A DNA stretch of 44,789 nucleotides, filler included, from Mobula birostris (Eukaryota), in assembly GCF_030028105.1 (NCBI RefSeq). It is 2 parts of 2 records of this genome, joined end to end, with 100 filler letters (N's around TTAATTAATTAA, not from the genome) between each part and the next. Parts side by side here need not be neighbours in the genome. Positions count along the whole stretch, not along the records: positions 1 to 30,318 come from NC_092402.1; 1 more part is not named here. One strand, 5' to 3'. This document shows positions 1 through 11,740 of the stretch, piece by piece; the stretch's first letter is position 1, and every line of letters begins with the position of its first letter. Position numbers and translations under genes: made by a program. Under the pieces are notes generated by a model that did not search any database, was not told the DNA's origin, and was given only the letters and a program-made list of their open reading frames with translations.

Positions 1-133
1 AAGGTTTTCTGGATGGAGAACAGTGGCAGGATTACTAGTTACCTATTTTCATTCATAGACCACATGAAGGCAACTGGAAAATTGTTTTCTGAGATTGGTA
101 AACTTTCGCCACTTTGAGAGAATTCATTTCTGG

Positions 134-928
134 CACACTCAAGATGCTGGAGGAACTCAGCAAGTCAGGCAGCATCTATGGAGGGAAATAAACTGTCAAC
201 GTTTGAGGCTGAGACCCTTCATCCATACTTATTCATCATGATTCAACAGGATTCATCAGGATCAGGGTCTCCATGCATAAAAAAAATCAGGATTTCCTGA
301 CAGCAAGCCTTTTTAATTCCAGTCCTCATTGCCATTCTGATGTGTTGGTCCATGGCCTCCTCTTCTGCCATAATGAGGCCACTTGCAGTTTGGAGGAGCA
401 ACACCATCATTAACCTGATGACATGAACATCAACTTCTGCAACTTCAGTAATTACTCCCCCCCCTTCTCTCTTTTTCTCTTCCCCATCTGTTTTCCCTCT
501 CAGCCTTTTCCTCCTCACCTGCCCATCACCTCCTTCCGGTTCCCCTCCTCCTTCCCTTTCTCCCATGGTCCACTCTCCTCTCCTATAGGATTCCTTCTTC
601 TTCAATCTCTGCCACCTATCCCCTCCCAGCTTCCTCATTTCATTCTCCCTCTCACCTTCCCCCTCACCTGGTTTCACTTATAACCTCCCAGCTTCTTACT
701 TTATTTCCCTACACCAGCCACCCACCTTCCCCCTTGCCTGGTTTCACCCATCACCCGCCAGCTTGTGTTCCTTCCTCTCCCCCCACCTTCTTATTCTGGC
801 TTCTGCCCCCTTCCTCTCCAACCCTGATAAAGGGTCTCAACCCAAAACCCTCCATCAATGCCTCCTGCTCCTCCAGCATTTTGTGTGTTTTGCTCACGAT
901 TTTCAGCATCTGCAGAATCTCTTGTGTC
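134..928 (+). mobile_element. Penelope-like retroelement (PLE) 3' fragment with inverted terminal-repeat copy at its left end
   Basis: 355-445 gives GLLFCHNEATCSLEEQH..PDDMNINFCNF, resembling the PLE GIY-YIG C-terminal motif (LEEQHLIFRLG.LQP.GMNI.F). A pyrimidine-rich tract follows, then a terminal repeat (824-928) whose inverted partner is at 134-222. Confidence 0.7.
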
Positions 929-945
929 AACTGTGTTTCCGTTAG

Positions 946-1012
946 GTGTTGGGATTCGATTGATTCTCCATTCCTGTGGATCATCAATGCTCCAATTTCA
1001 CTGACAATATTG
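946..1012 (+). CDS. Class B1 GPCR exon (ECL2/TM5): xCWDSIDSPFLWIINAPISLTIL
   Basis: Acceptor ttccgttAG (944-945), donor GTgagt (1013). 67 bp; the peptide matches the CWD...WII..PI...IL exon of VIP/secretin-family receptors. Confidence 0.92.
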
Positions 1013-1539
1013 GTGAGTATTCTTCCTTTATACAGTATCTGAGGTGAAACTACCATTGTTATTAACACTGGCACCACTGGGGTCTGGGGTGAGGTATCCA
1101 TTTCAGGGTCCGTTTCTTTGCCGAAGTCCAGGCTGATAGGAAGGACAGGACACTTTCTTGTCCTCTAGAGGCACCACATGTAACATGTTTGATTCCCCAC
1201 CCCTAGGAGGCTGCATAAGAATATCTTTTCATGCTCTGTAGTGAAACAACCCTGCAACCATTTGTGGCCTGTTTCACATCATTCCAGAAAGCCAACTGGG
1301 CAGCTCTGTGCACAAGTCCTCCTTCTACAAAGGTTTTGTGACTGGCTCCAGATTCTAGTATCTGCAGTCTACTGTGTCTCCACAAGCTAAAATAGATCAG
1401 GTACAACTGGTCATTCCATCCCCCCTCCCCTGCAAGAATCCACCGTGGAATGGTGGAGCGGGAGACACATTGTCACTGGGTGATTGAGGCCCCTCGGCTA
1501 TTCAACCTTTGTGTGCACCGGAATTTTTAACTACAAGTT

Positions 1540-1990
1540 TAGAGTCATAGAGTCATAGAAGACTACAACACAGATTTAGGCCCTTCTACCCATCTAGTTT
1601 GTGCCAAACCATTTAAACTGCCTACTCCCATCGACCTACACCACGGCCATAGCCCTCCATACCCCTCCCATGATTTGGGTGACCTCGTGCAGGATTCCTT
1701 AAAGGTTAATTTGCAGGTTGCATCAGTGGTGAGAAAGGCAAAAGCAATGGTACCTATCCAAACTTCTCTTAAACGTTGAAATCAAACTCACAACTTTCTG
1801 AGGGAGGAACTTTCCCCTCGTGTTCCCCTTAAACCTTTCACCTTTCACTCTTAACCCATGACCTCTAGTTATCACACCCAACCTCAGTGGAAAAAAGTCT
1901 GTATGCATTTACCCTATCTATATCCGTCATAATTTTGTATACTTCTTTCAAATCTCCTCTCAATCTTGTGCATTCCAAAGAATAAAGTTC
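1540..1990 (-). mobile_element. CR1-type LINE 3' end containing a short opposite-strand CR1 patch (1672-1750)
   Basis: Tandem (agtcatag) tail and CR1 3' sequence shared with other copies in the window. Confidence 0.75.
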
Positions 1991-2145
1991 TTCAATTACT
2001 TTCTCAATTCCAATTCTTTCAACTACCTTCTCAAACTAACCAGCCCTAGACTAATTCCAATCACATATTTTCTCCCATTAAAAGCTGTTTCCCTTTGAAT
2101 GGATGTAGTGAAACCACTGAAATGTGATGTTTTCCTTTTATTTAG

Positions 2146-2237
2146 GTGAACTTTATTCTGTTCATATCCATCATCCAAATCCTGATCCAGAAAGTATACT
2201 CGTCAGACAGCATAGGAAGCGAGTACAGGCAGTACGT
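2146..2237 (+). CDS. Class B1 GPCR exon (TM5/ICL3): VNFILFISIIQILIQKVYSSDSIGSEYRQY(V)
   Basis: Acceptor tttcctttTATTTAG, donor GTaagt (2238). 92 bp; VNF.LF..I..IL.QK motif; phase fits the flanking exons. Confidence 0.93.
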
Positions 2238-2554
2238 GTAAGTACCGAGGACCCACCACAGAGCATGAAGTCCCCTAGCCTCCCAAATTGTTCTGCTTTC
2301 ATTACCTCCATCAGTTGGTGCTTCCTGCAGAGTCCAATGTGAACTCTTTCTTCCAGTCTGAAACTGTCTCTGATTTTCTGCACGTGAGATTTTGGGTTTG
2401 GTTTTAGTTTTGATTGTAGACCATAAGATATAGGAGCAGAATTAGGCCAATTAGCTGCCTGCAGCAAAGAATTCCACTGATTCACCTTTCTCTGGCTACA
2501 GAAATTCCTCCTCATCTCCTTTTTGAAAGGACGCCCCTCTATTCTGATATGTGG

Positions 2555-2990
2555 TTTTGATTTATTATTGTCACCTGTATAAAGATACATGTGCCTTGCA
2601 CACTGTTCATACAGATCAGATTATTACACAATGCATTGAGGTAGGACAAGGTAAAACAACAACAGAATGCAGAATAAAGTGTAACAGCTACAGAGGAAGT
2701 GCAGTGCAGGTAGACAATAAGGTGCAAGATCATAACGATGTAGATTGTGAGAATCAAGAGTTCATCTTGTCAGACTAGGGAACAATTTAATAGTCTTATT
2801 ACAGTGGAGTAGAAGCTCTCCTTGAGCCTGGTGGTATGTGCTTTCATTATTTTGTATCTTCTGCCCAATGGAGGAGAGGAGAGAATGAGAGGGAGAGTAA
2901 ATATTCTCAAGATTTCCAGTGTAAAGCAGCTCTTACCTGGCAGTGGGTCACATTTTCCCACTAACATCACATCCTATATCTTTTTGAAAT
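2555..2990 (-). mobile_element. Rex1/Babar-like LINE 3' fragment
   Basis: Reverse strand gives KIMKAHTTRLKESFYSTVIRLLN, similar to the RT C-terminus of the copy at 29375-30118. Confidence 0.6.
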
Positions 2991-3155
2991 CACTCTGGGA
3001 ACAATCAGGAGCTTCCACGGTCCAGGATGCCGCACTGATGTCATGGTGTGCAGAAATCTGATTGGAAGGTCCTCAGCAACACAAGAGCTGCGGGAGGAAC
3101 TGAGCACATCAGGCGACATCTTTGCAGGGAAATATCTCAGCAGAATTTTAAGGTC

Positions 3156-4252
3156 GATTTGGGAGTCCTCGTGCAGGATTCCTTAAAGGTTAGCTTGCAG
3201 GTTGAATCAGTGGTGAGAAAGGCAAATGCTGTTGCAGACAACGGGTGAACCCAAACGCAGGACACTGGCATGGAGATAGAGTCGGGATGCTAACGAGGAC
3301 GTGAGCGTGGCTGGAGCTGAACAGCAAACCAAAGGATGAACGGAAAGGCAGGTGGCAGGTAATTCTTCTCTTCACATGGAGAGACAGAGTTAATACATGC
3401 AAACCTCATTGCTGAAACAAAACTTAGAATACACAATCTTAGGCGGCCGGGAACATGAATTACCACACTGGCTGAAACAACCATCTGGCGATGAGTGGAT
3501 GCAAAGCCGGGGTATTTATGCTTTAGGTCTAGATGAGAATCAGGCATGTCGCAATCAAGGAGCCCGGGAGAACACGGGGAAAAGGGAATTAGGAGAATAT
3601 GAGGAATCAACGGTCGGGACCGTGACAAATGCAATGATAGCATTCATTTCAAGAAGTCTAGGATATAAAACAAGTATGTAATGGTGAGGCCTCAATTAGA
3701 GTATTGTGAGCAGCTTTGGGCCCCTTATCTAAGAAGGGATGTGCTGACATTGGAGAGGGTTCAGAGGAAGTTTACAAGAATGATCCCAGGACTGAAAGGG
3801 TTATAATATGAGGAACATTTGATAGCTCTGCACCTGTACTTGCTGGAATTCAGAAGAATGAGGGGGAATCTCATTGAACCCTATTGAATGTTGAAAGGCC
3901 TTAATAGAATGGGTGTGACGAGGATGTTTCCTTTGGTGAGAGAGTCTAGGACCAGAGGACACAGCCTCAAAATAGAGGGATGTCCATTTAGAACTGAGAA
4001 GAAGAGGAATTTTTTCAGCCAGAGGGTGGTAAATCTGTGGAATTTGATGCCACAGTCATCTATGGAAGCCAAGTCACTAGATGCATTTAAGGCAGAGATT
4101 AATAGGTTCTTGATTAGTTGGGACATGAAAGGTTATGGGGAGAAGGCAGGAGAATGGAGTTAAGAGGGAAATGGATCGGCCATGATGAAATGGCAGAGCA
4201 CACTTGATGTGCCAAATAGCCTAATTCTGCTCCTATGTCTCATGGTCTTATG
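3156..4252 (+). mobile_element. CR1-type LINE RT/3' fragment interrupted by a solo LTR
   Basis: RTRGHSLKIEGCPFRTEKKRNFFSQRVVNLWN motif. The CR1 sequence resumes exactly after the 3230-3627 insert. Confidence 0.85.
3230..3627 (-). mobile_element. Solo LTR (Gypsy-like), 398 bp
   Basis: TG...CA ends and a perfect 5-bp TSD AATGC (3225-3229 / 3628-3632). Confidence 0.85.
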
Positions 4253-4282
4253 GAGACCCATCATCTAGAATGGGTATGTCCA

Positions 4283-4408
4283 AATGAAGGGTCTCAACCC
4301 AAAACATCAACTGTCCATTTCCCTCCATAGATGTTGCCTGATTTGCTGAGTTCCTCCACTCCTCTTGTATCATTCCAGATTCAATTATCTGCAGACTCTT
4401 GTGTCTCC
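4283..4408 (+). mobile_element. PLE terminal-repeat fragment
   Basis: atgaagggtctcaacccaaaacatcaactg...gcagactcttgtgtctc, same family as 824-928. Confidence 0.7.
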
Positions 4409-4409
4409 A

Positions 4410-5310
4410 AAGGATAGTCAGGAAGGTTTTGTAAGAGTTAGAAGTGGGCAGTGCAAGGTTGTGGGCAATATCAGGTTGGAGGCAGTGAAGGAGAGATCTC
4501 CTGACGTGACAGTATAGGATATGGTAGCTTGTAGTTTGTTTCATTGTCTATAGGGTCATGGTCAATGGTATGTATAAGGAAGTACTCAAGTGTTGCCATC
4601 TTATCTGTGCAAGATAGAGTTCAATCTCCCAGACCACAATGGCACCACTCTCCATTGCAGGTTTGATGACAAGGCTGGGGTTGGTGCAGAGCGGATGGAG
4701 AGCAGTGTTTTTGGAGGGAGTGAGTCTGAAGGGGTGAGGGAAGGCATCTGGTATCACGTCAGTGATTGGAAATGAGAAGATCAAGAGAGGATAAAAAAGC
4801 CAGAAGGAGGAGCCCAAGAGGAAGAGGACTGTTAGAGACAAGAGAAGGCATCATCATTGGGGAGTGGGAGGAGGAATCTGAACCAAAGAAATCGTCATGC
4901 AAGTGCTGACAACAGAAGAAGAATAGCCAAACATCATGACGATTCCAGTATGCATTGAGGAGCAGGAAGAGGAGTACAAAGACGAGTCCTTTGCTGAGAT
5001 AGAGCACTCATAATAAGAGATGGGGAGGTCAGTGGAGGTGGAGTGGTAAAGACCCAGCAGGGATCGGAATTGGGGAAAGGAGTGGGGTTAGTAGAAAGTA
5101 ATGAGAAGGAGGGTTTGCAGGAATGGGGATGAAAGGAGAAATGGGGGAGAGAGGGGGTTTGGGGGAGTTTTGGGAGGTGAGATCATAGGCATGTTCGGGT
5201 TGTGGGAAGAGGTGAGATCAGCAGCAGCAGAAGAGTGCAGAGATGCCCAGAAAGTGTCTGGAGCCTGGAAGTGAGCAGGAGAAGTCGGAGAACCAGGCAC
5301 AGTGTGGGGA
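4410..5310 (-). mobile_element. Degenerate Penelope-like ORF region upstream of the RT core
   Basis: TPSKNTALHPLCTNPSLVIKPAMESGAIVVWEIELYLAQIRWQ matches the PLE motif L..L..N..L.IKPADKG.AVVVW..DLY..EA.RQL. Confidence 0.7.
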
Positions 5311-5636
5311 AGATAACCTTCAAATAACTTTCAATTACATTCCAACAATCCTTGTTAAAATAGCTGAAACTGCCCAGGAGCCTGCCATCCTCTGTCATTA
5401 ATGACATAATTAGGGAGAAGATGCAGATTGGTGGCTGTGCACGGGGATGTTTTATTTTAAATTCAACATTAATTTTCACATTGGTATTCGAAAGATTCTT
5501 CTCTGAAGATTCATTCTTGAAGATCCTTATTCCAATTAACCAAGTGCAGAAGTTTGAAGAGACTTATTCATGTTAATTAGTTTCTTTAGTAAGCATATGA
5601 TCTTCTTAAACTGATTTTCCTTTACCTTATTTGAAG

Positions 5637-5766
5637 GAGACTGGCTAAATCCACATTGCTTCTCATCCCACTGTTTGGGGTCAACTACATTGTCTTTGTC
5701 TTTGTCCCTGACCGTTTGAACGACTACTTCAGGCTGGTCTTTGACCTGGCTCTGGGGTCCTTCCAG
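5637..5766 (+). CDS. Class B1 GPCR exon (TM6-TM7): [43 protein letters not shown]
   Basis: Acceptor ttgaAG (5635-5636), donor GTaggt (5767). 130 bp; hallmark [14 protein letters not shown] and GSFQ motifs. Confidence 0.97.
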
Positions 5767-6063
5767 GTAGGTACTATGACCTTTATAAACTCCTCAGATA
5801 GTCTTTGTTCTTTCAGACATCTGCAAAGAGAAGTTATTAATAAATGTATTTTGAACCAAAGGTGCCATGGTATGGAGCACAGGAACACAAGTTGTCCCAC
5901 GACCCCATTCAATGAAGTTGTGACTAATCTTTATCCACCACTGCTCTCTACCTTGATGTTCTTTGGAACTAAAGTCTCAGGCTTGAAACCACCATATGAA
6001 TTCAAATGGCTTGAAGAACTTTACTGTGTGACAAAGTACGTTGCAGACATGAACTGGGGTTGA

Positions 6064-6254
6064 CACAAAATAATCTGCAGATGCTGGGGTCAAAGCAACA
6101 CTCACAACACGCTGGAGGAACTCAGCATGTCGGGCAGCATCCGTGGAAAAGATCGGTCGATGTTTCGGGCCAGAACCCTTCGTGAAGGTCCGAAACGTCG
6201 ACCGATCTTTTCCACGGATGCTGCCCGACCTGCTGATTTCCTCCAGCGTGTTGT
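6064..6254. mobile_element. Foldback PLE terminal-repeat mini-insertion, 191 bp
   Basis: 65-bp inverted arms (6104-6168 / 6190-6254, 3 mismatches). Perfect 12-bp TSD AACTGGGGTTGA (6052-6063 / 6255-6266). Confidence 0.85.
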
Positions 6255-6406
6255 AACTGGGGTTGATATTACCACATTAAAATGAGTTTGGTATTCCAAT
6301 CCCACTTTAACCTAGGCATGAGCCTGCCGAATACAGGCTGTCCCTAATTTTACACATATTGTTCCTGTGGGAAATGGACAGGAGTCACATTAAATATTGA
6401 GCAAAG

Positions 6407-6640
6407 TGTTGTGTCTTTAATATTTCAATGATATATATATAGATTGGTTGATTAAGCATTCTTGTTCATTTAAATAATTCATATTGGGTTATATGTATAA
6501 ATACGTGAATCACATCCATTGTCACACTACCACGAGATACGTGTGCGCCTCGCTTTAAGTAAACCCAAAGATAGGCTCACATTCCCAGCTCTCTTGTTTT
6601 CTTCTAATTGGTTTATGCTTTGACGTCACAAAACATAACA
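6407..6640 (+). mobile_element. Solo LTR-like element, 234 bp
   Basis: Ends TGTTGTGT...ACATAACA (7/8 inverted) and a perfect 5-bp TSD CAAAG (6402-6406 / 6641-6645). Confidence 0.8.
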
Positions 6641-7314
6641 CAAAGATCCTCTAAAGTTATAACTGGTGGTTTTAACAAACATTTCCAGCAGTAAAAAGCA
6701 GGGAGGCTTGCTAAATTTAAGCAAGAGAATCAGCCCATTTGTACTGCCAGGTATGTAATCTGCTCTTCTGATCAGTGAACAAGAACACATGCCAGGAGCC
6801 AGCAGGTCCTGCTTTTAATATGCAGATCAGACTCTAGTTTAAGTGGGACTGTTTGAGTGGTCAGAGTTGAACATGATGGGAATAGTATGCAAAGTCAATG
6901 GATATCAGGAAGCTCTATTTGGCAAGATCAGCGGGGAGAATGTCATGATACGGCACGCAAAGAGAGCAGAGACAGAAGAGAACTCATTCCTTTTGCCAGG
7001 GATGTACTTGCTGACTAATACAGGAAAAGCTTGGACTGCATCACCGTAAGTCAAAAACCACTTTGGCACAGCCAGTGCAAACCTCTGTACTATATCTTGG
7101 TAAACTGGGACAGAGCTCAAAATGAAAGGGCAAAAAGTCGAATATTTCTAATCTGCTGGCTTTCAAACCACTCAAGCCACTTATTCTCTCTGAGTCCACC
7201 AGCTACTCCATTCCAAATGTATTTAATTCAAGCAAAGGTTAATGTCTGAATGTATAACCAGTAGTGACAAGTGTGATTTGTGTAAACTTATTGTCCTTTC
7301 CCCACTCTTCCCAG

Positions 7315-7356
7315 GGTTTCATTGTTGCGATCCTGTACTGTTTTTTGAATGGAGAG
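7315..7356 (+). CDS. Class B1 GPCR 42-bp TM7 exon: GFIVAILYCFLNGE
   Basis: Acceptor ctcttcccAG, donor GTaaga (7357). This is the 14-codon G..VA.LYCF.N.E exon typical of secretin-family receptors. Confidence 0.97.
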
Positions 7357-7814
7357 GTAAGATCTATCATATCTACACTGGCTTTGAAGTCAAGTTGGCA
7401 TTGATTGCCGCAGGCCTGCTTTCCTTGTGTGGTTGCAAGACAGGTGGCAAGGACTAGGACTCAATCCTCAGCATTGCGTTTAGCGTGGCATCTGGGCTCA
7501 GTTGGGATGGCCTCGCCTGTCAGTGCTGACCTCCAGTGTTAGATGGGTGGAATTACAGGCTGGTCTGCCAGGAACCATCAATTTATGGGACTTGTCACTC
7601 AGGGACTTGGATTAAAAATATGTTTCCTTAGGTGGCTATGTTCTTTTTTTTTCTTTCTTGTTATTTTGAATGCACAGGTATGTTTTGGCACCGTAGCCCC
7701 AGAGGAACACTGTCTCGTTCGGCTGTATCCACGTATGGTTTGAATGACAGCTAAACTTGATTTGATTTGAAGTTCTGTCTTGATATATTCCCCACCTGAT
7801 ATGTTCAGGTAGTG

Positions 7815-8240
7815 ACACTGCAGCAGAATAGATTCAGAATGCAGAAGAAATTCACCGGGATGTTGCCTGGAATGGAGGTCTTTAGTTACCAGGAAAAATA
7901 AATAATTCTGGGATTGTTCTCAATAAAGTACAGGAGGCTGAGGAGATTTATAAAATTATGATGGCCATAAATAGAGTAGATATTCATAGTCTTTTTCCAA
8001 GGGAAGGGGAGTTTAAAACTAGAAGATGTGAGTTTAGGATGAGAGAAGAAATCCTTTAAAGAGATGTGATACATTTTTTTTGTCATCAAGGGTGGCGGAT
8101 ATAAGGAATGAACTGCCAGAGGTGGTAGAGCCCGGTACGATTACAACATTAATAAGATATTTGGACAAGTACATGGATAGGAAAGGTTCAGAGGGATATA
8201 GGCCAAAGATAAGAAAATGAGATTAATGTAGATAGGCACC
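7815..8240 (+). mobile_element. CR1-type LINE 3' fragment
   Basis: Homologous to the CR1 3' regions at 3700-4250 and 10772-11250. Confidence 0.7.
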
Positions 8241-8544
8241 TTTAAAGAAAATTATTTTAAAATTTATTATGTGCTCCTTTTTTTTATACAACTTGGGATT
8301 TTCATATATGCGTTCTCAAACAAAGGAGACACTGCACAAGTATTCAAGGCTAGAAAAAACACTTTATTAGAACTAGCACAAATGCAATAGAGAAAGGCAA
8401 ACAAATGTCTACAGTAGTAGCAGTACAGAAATTAAAATAATACTTAGCATTCACTAAACCAGCCGATCTCTGCAGTGTTGAAGAGGGCACTTTCTGACAG
8501 TTCTGACAATCTCACACTCAGCATTCATTCTCATTCTTTCTCTT

Positions 8545-8548
<4 letters not shown>

Positions 8549-8580
<32 letters not shown>
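8549..8580. repeat. (TC)16 microsatellite
   Basis: Direct reading. Confidence 0.95.
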
Positions 8581-8584
<4 letters not shown>

Positions 8585-9440
8585 ACTCGACATACTCTAA
8601 CTCCCTCAACGTACTTGTCTCTAGCTTCTTTGCATCAGCACTGGTCATGACCAAAACTCTCCCACTGCACAAAGAAAGTGCCCCTTTTTATATCCTTTAA
8701 GATTCCTTCACCCTGGTACTTTTCTATCCCTTTGTGGCACCCCCTCATCTCTTATGACCTCCAGCCCAGAAACATTATTTGGGAAAAAGAAGACAACAGG
8801 TCTGTAAGTAGGAAAGCATTATTTACCAGTATCTCATCTTAATGATGTGTATTCAAAATAGAGACAAATTATTGGTCAATAAGAGGAAAACAGGCCATTA
8901 CCACATTCCAACCTGACACCATTTTGTCTTCAAATTTCCATTTATTTTGACGTGTACCAAGGAAGAATCACGTTTAACTCTCTCCTCACAGCATCTCAGT
9001 CAGCATTGACAAGTCGTGCTCTATAACTCTATGAATTTTTAACTCCCTTTGCAATTTTGGAAAGTTCATTCAAGCCAGCTCAAAGTCTTGTTTTTCAAAG
9101 AGGAAACATTTTCCAGAGACATAGAAAATGGCCACTCAGCCCATCAAATCAATGCTAGATCACAATGCAGTCCTATTCCTCCACTAATTTTGCCCTGTAA
9201 CCTCCTCTCTCCACATTCTCAACAACTCATCTTGATTTTACTGGGACAATTCTCACTGGCCATTTAGTCTACCAATCCTCATGTCTTTTGGCACATGGGA
9301 GAAAACTGGAGGATGCAGGGAAACCCAAGCAATTTCAAGGAAATATGTGAACTTCCTACAGACAGTGCTCTAGTCCAGGATTGAGCCAAGTATGCTGAAT
9401 CTCTGAAGCAGAAGCTCTATCCAATGACACTATTGTGATG

Positions 9441-9746
9441 TAAAAGCATCCGTTAGTCTTGCAAGACCATGGATCTGCGCCTGGAAAGTCTTCACTCTCC
9501 AGGGCGCAGGCCTGGGCAAGGTTGTATAGAAGTCCAGCAGTTGCCCATGCTGCAAGTCTCCCCTCTCCACGACACCAATGTTGTCCAAGGGAAGGGCATT
9601 AGGACCCATACAGCTTGGCAACAGTGTCGTTGCAGAGCACTGTGTGATTAAGTGCCCTCAAGGACACAACACGTTCCCTCGGCTGGGGCTCAAACTCACA
9701 ACCTTCAGGTAGCTAGTCCCATGCCTTAACCACTTGGCCACGTGCC
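9441..9746 (-). mobile_element. tRNA-derived SINE with CORE-like domain
   Basis: Minus strand: A-box TGGCCAAGTGG, B-box-like GAGTTTGAGCCC, CORE-like TGTGTCCTTGAGGGCACTTAA. Perfect 13-bp TSD CACTATTGTGATG (9428-9440 / 9747-9759). Confidence 0.85.
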
Positions 9747-10771
9747 CACTATTGTGATGACCAATTTGGAATTGACTTGTTCACCAGGTTACTCTGGCTA
9801 GTTGGCCAGAACTATGCAGAGAGTACAGATACCTTCAAGTCAAATCTTTCTGCAGGAGCACTGCAGGGCAAGTTAACTTGCAGGTACGAGAACTGGTGGA
9901 TAGCTGACTGCAGTTAAAGTGTCCATTTCTTATTCCCATCTTATCATCTCCCATTTGGCTACACCATATTTCTCTGCATTAAGCACCCCATTCACCATTC
10001 TAAACATTTCTTCCCTCCTGGTTGGGTGCAGTTTGTACTAGATAAGGAATAATCTCCTACTCCAACCACTTCCCACAACCATTACAAGGACAAGGGCAGC
10101 AACCACCCAAAAGTTGCTTGGAGATATATCATTAATTCTTTATTGTCACTGGGTCTAAATCCTGGAGGTATTTCCCCGGCTGCATCATGGAAGGCTCTCA
10201 AAAGAAGGACTTCAAAAGGTCACAAGCTTCTAAATTATGGACAGACATCAAATGCTGACTTTTTTAGCAATGTTCAGATCCCAAAATAATGAATATACTT
10301 TTTTTTATTGCAAAGCTGGCTTGCATTGATTCCAGAGTTGATTTCTATTTCAATAATTCTGAGTTCATGCAAGACTTAAGAATGTCTAAAGAATAACATT
10401 CCTGTTGACCCAATCTGGCTACCTCAGCAGGATGCTAAGCCAGCAATGCAGACAGAGCCAGTTAAGTAGTTGTATGTATCCTTGAGTGCATCTGTGGTAT
10501 TGGCCAACAGAATGAGTGGACTTGGCTGTGAAATGCCCTTTTTGGTTTCTTTTAGATTTTTGCACCAATGAAGAGACATTCCCCAGAAGATAATTGACTG
10601 CATTGAATTTAAGTCATCCTTGCCAAAGTCTTCCATTGCAGACATTAGCAAATCTAGGAATCCACATTTGTCACCTTTTGCCAGCACCTCTAATATTCAA
10701 ACAACGCAACTAGGAGAAAGAGGGAAATCCTCTAAAACACTAATCCCGACAAAGTATGAAGTTGTATAAGA

Positions 10772-11522
10772 TGTAGGTGAGGCCTAATATGGAGTATTGT
10801 GTGCAGTTTTGGTCATCTACCTACAGGAAAGATGTAAATTCAGTTGAAAGAATACAGAGATTACAAGGATGTTACTGGGACTGGAGGGCCCGAGTTATAA
10901 GGAAAGATTGAATAGCTTAGGAGTGTATTCTTTAGAATGTAGAAGATGAGAGGAGAGTTGATAGAGGTATATAAAATTATGAGGGATATAGACAGGGTAA
11001 ATACAAGCAGGCCTCTTCCACTGAGGTTGGGTGGGACTACAACCAGAGGTTATGGGTTAAGTGTGAAAGGTGAAAAGTTGAAGGGAAACATAAAGGGGAG
11101 ACGACTTCACTCAGGGGGTCATGAGAGTGTGGAATGAGCTGCCAACACAGATGGTGCATGCGAGCTCAATTTTAACATTAAAGAGAAGTTTGGATAGGTA
11201 CATGGATGGTAGGGGTATGGAGGGCTGTGGTTTTGGTGCAGGTCAATGGGAGTTGTTCCTTTCCACACTTTGTGGCACATTGGGCGGCAATCTTGCCGTT
11301 TCTTTAGCATTTTTGTCTGTTTTTTACGAGGCCGACCAGCATGGATGGAAAGCGCGCAAGGTTCCGGTTGAATTCGAACCTGTGACCACTCACCTCAAAG
11401 TCCGTTGTGGATGCCACTACACCACCGAACAGCCAGTTGATTGGAATAGGCAGTTTAAATGGTTTGACATGGACTAGATGGGCCAAAAGGCTTGTGTCTG
11501 GGATGTACTTTGACTCTATGAG
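10772..11522 (+). mobile_element. CR1-type LINE 3' fragment interrupted by a SINE
   Basis: MRGELIEVYKIMRDIDRVN...RVWNELP motifs. Confidence 0.8.
11256..11434 (-). mobile_element. tRNA-derived SINE nested in a CR1 tail
   Basis: Minus strand A-box TGGTGTAGTGG and B-box GGTTCGAATTC. Flanked by AGTTG (11251-11255 / 11435-11439). Confidence 0.75.
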
Positions 11523-11740
11523 TTGTACTTTAAGCAACCACCCTCCTGCACCAACTCTCTCATCTGCTTTCCCTTCAAACCAATTTCCCACTGGAAATTA
11601 GTGCTCAGTGAATTTACTTTGATAAGCTTTACAAATCTTTAGTCTAAAAGCTTTACAGACTTTAGGCTGTACTTTAGATATCTGTTTACAAAGGATGAGT
11701 AATGGTTTTCAGGATTCAGCTGCTATTCCTGTAGTATGTT

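Noticed and set aside
243-677. Charged or Pro-rich ORFs (also 11723-12184 and 33472-33986)
   Set aside because: They are translations of purine/pyrimidine-biased PLE tracts or low-complexity DNA.
5767-6063. Extension of ORF 5656-6063 beyond GSFQ
   Set aside because: Homology stops at a canonical donor and the next exon is at 7315, so this is intron read-through.
8310-9010. Reverse-oriented solo LTR (TATA-like and AATAAA on the minus strand)
   Set aside because: No TG...CA ends with a TSD could be identified.
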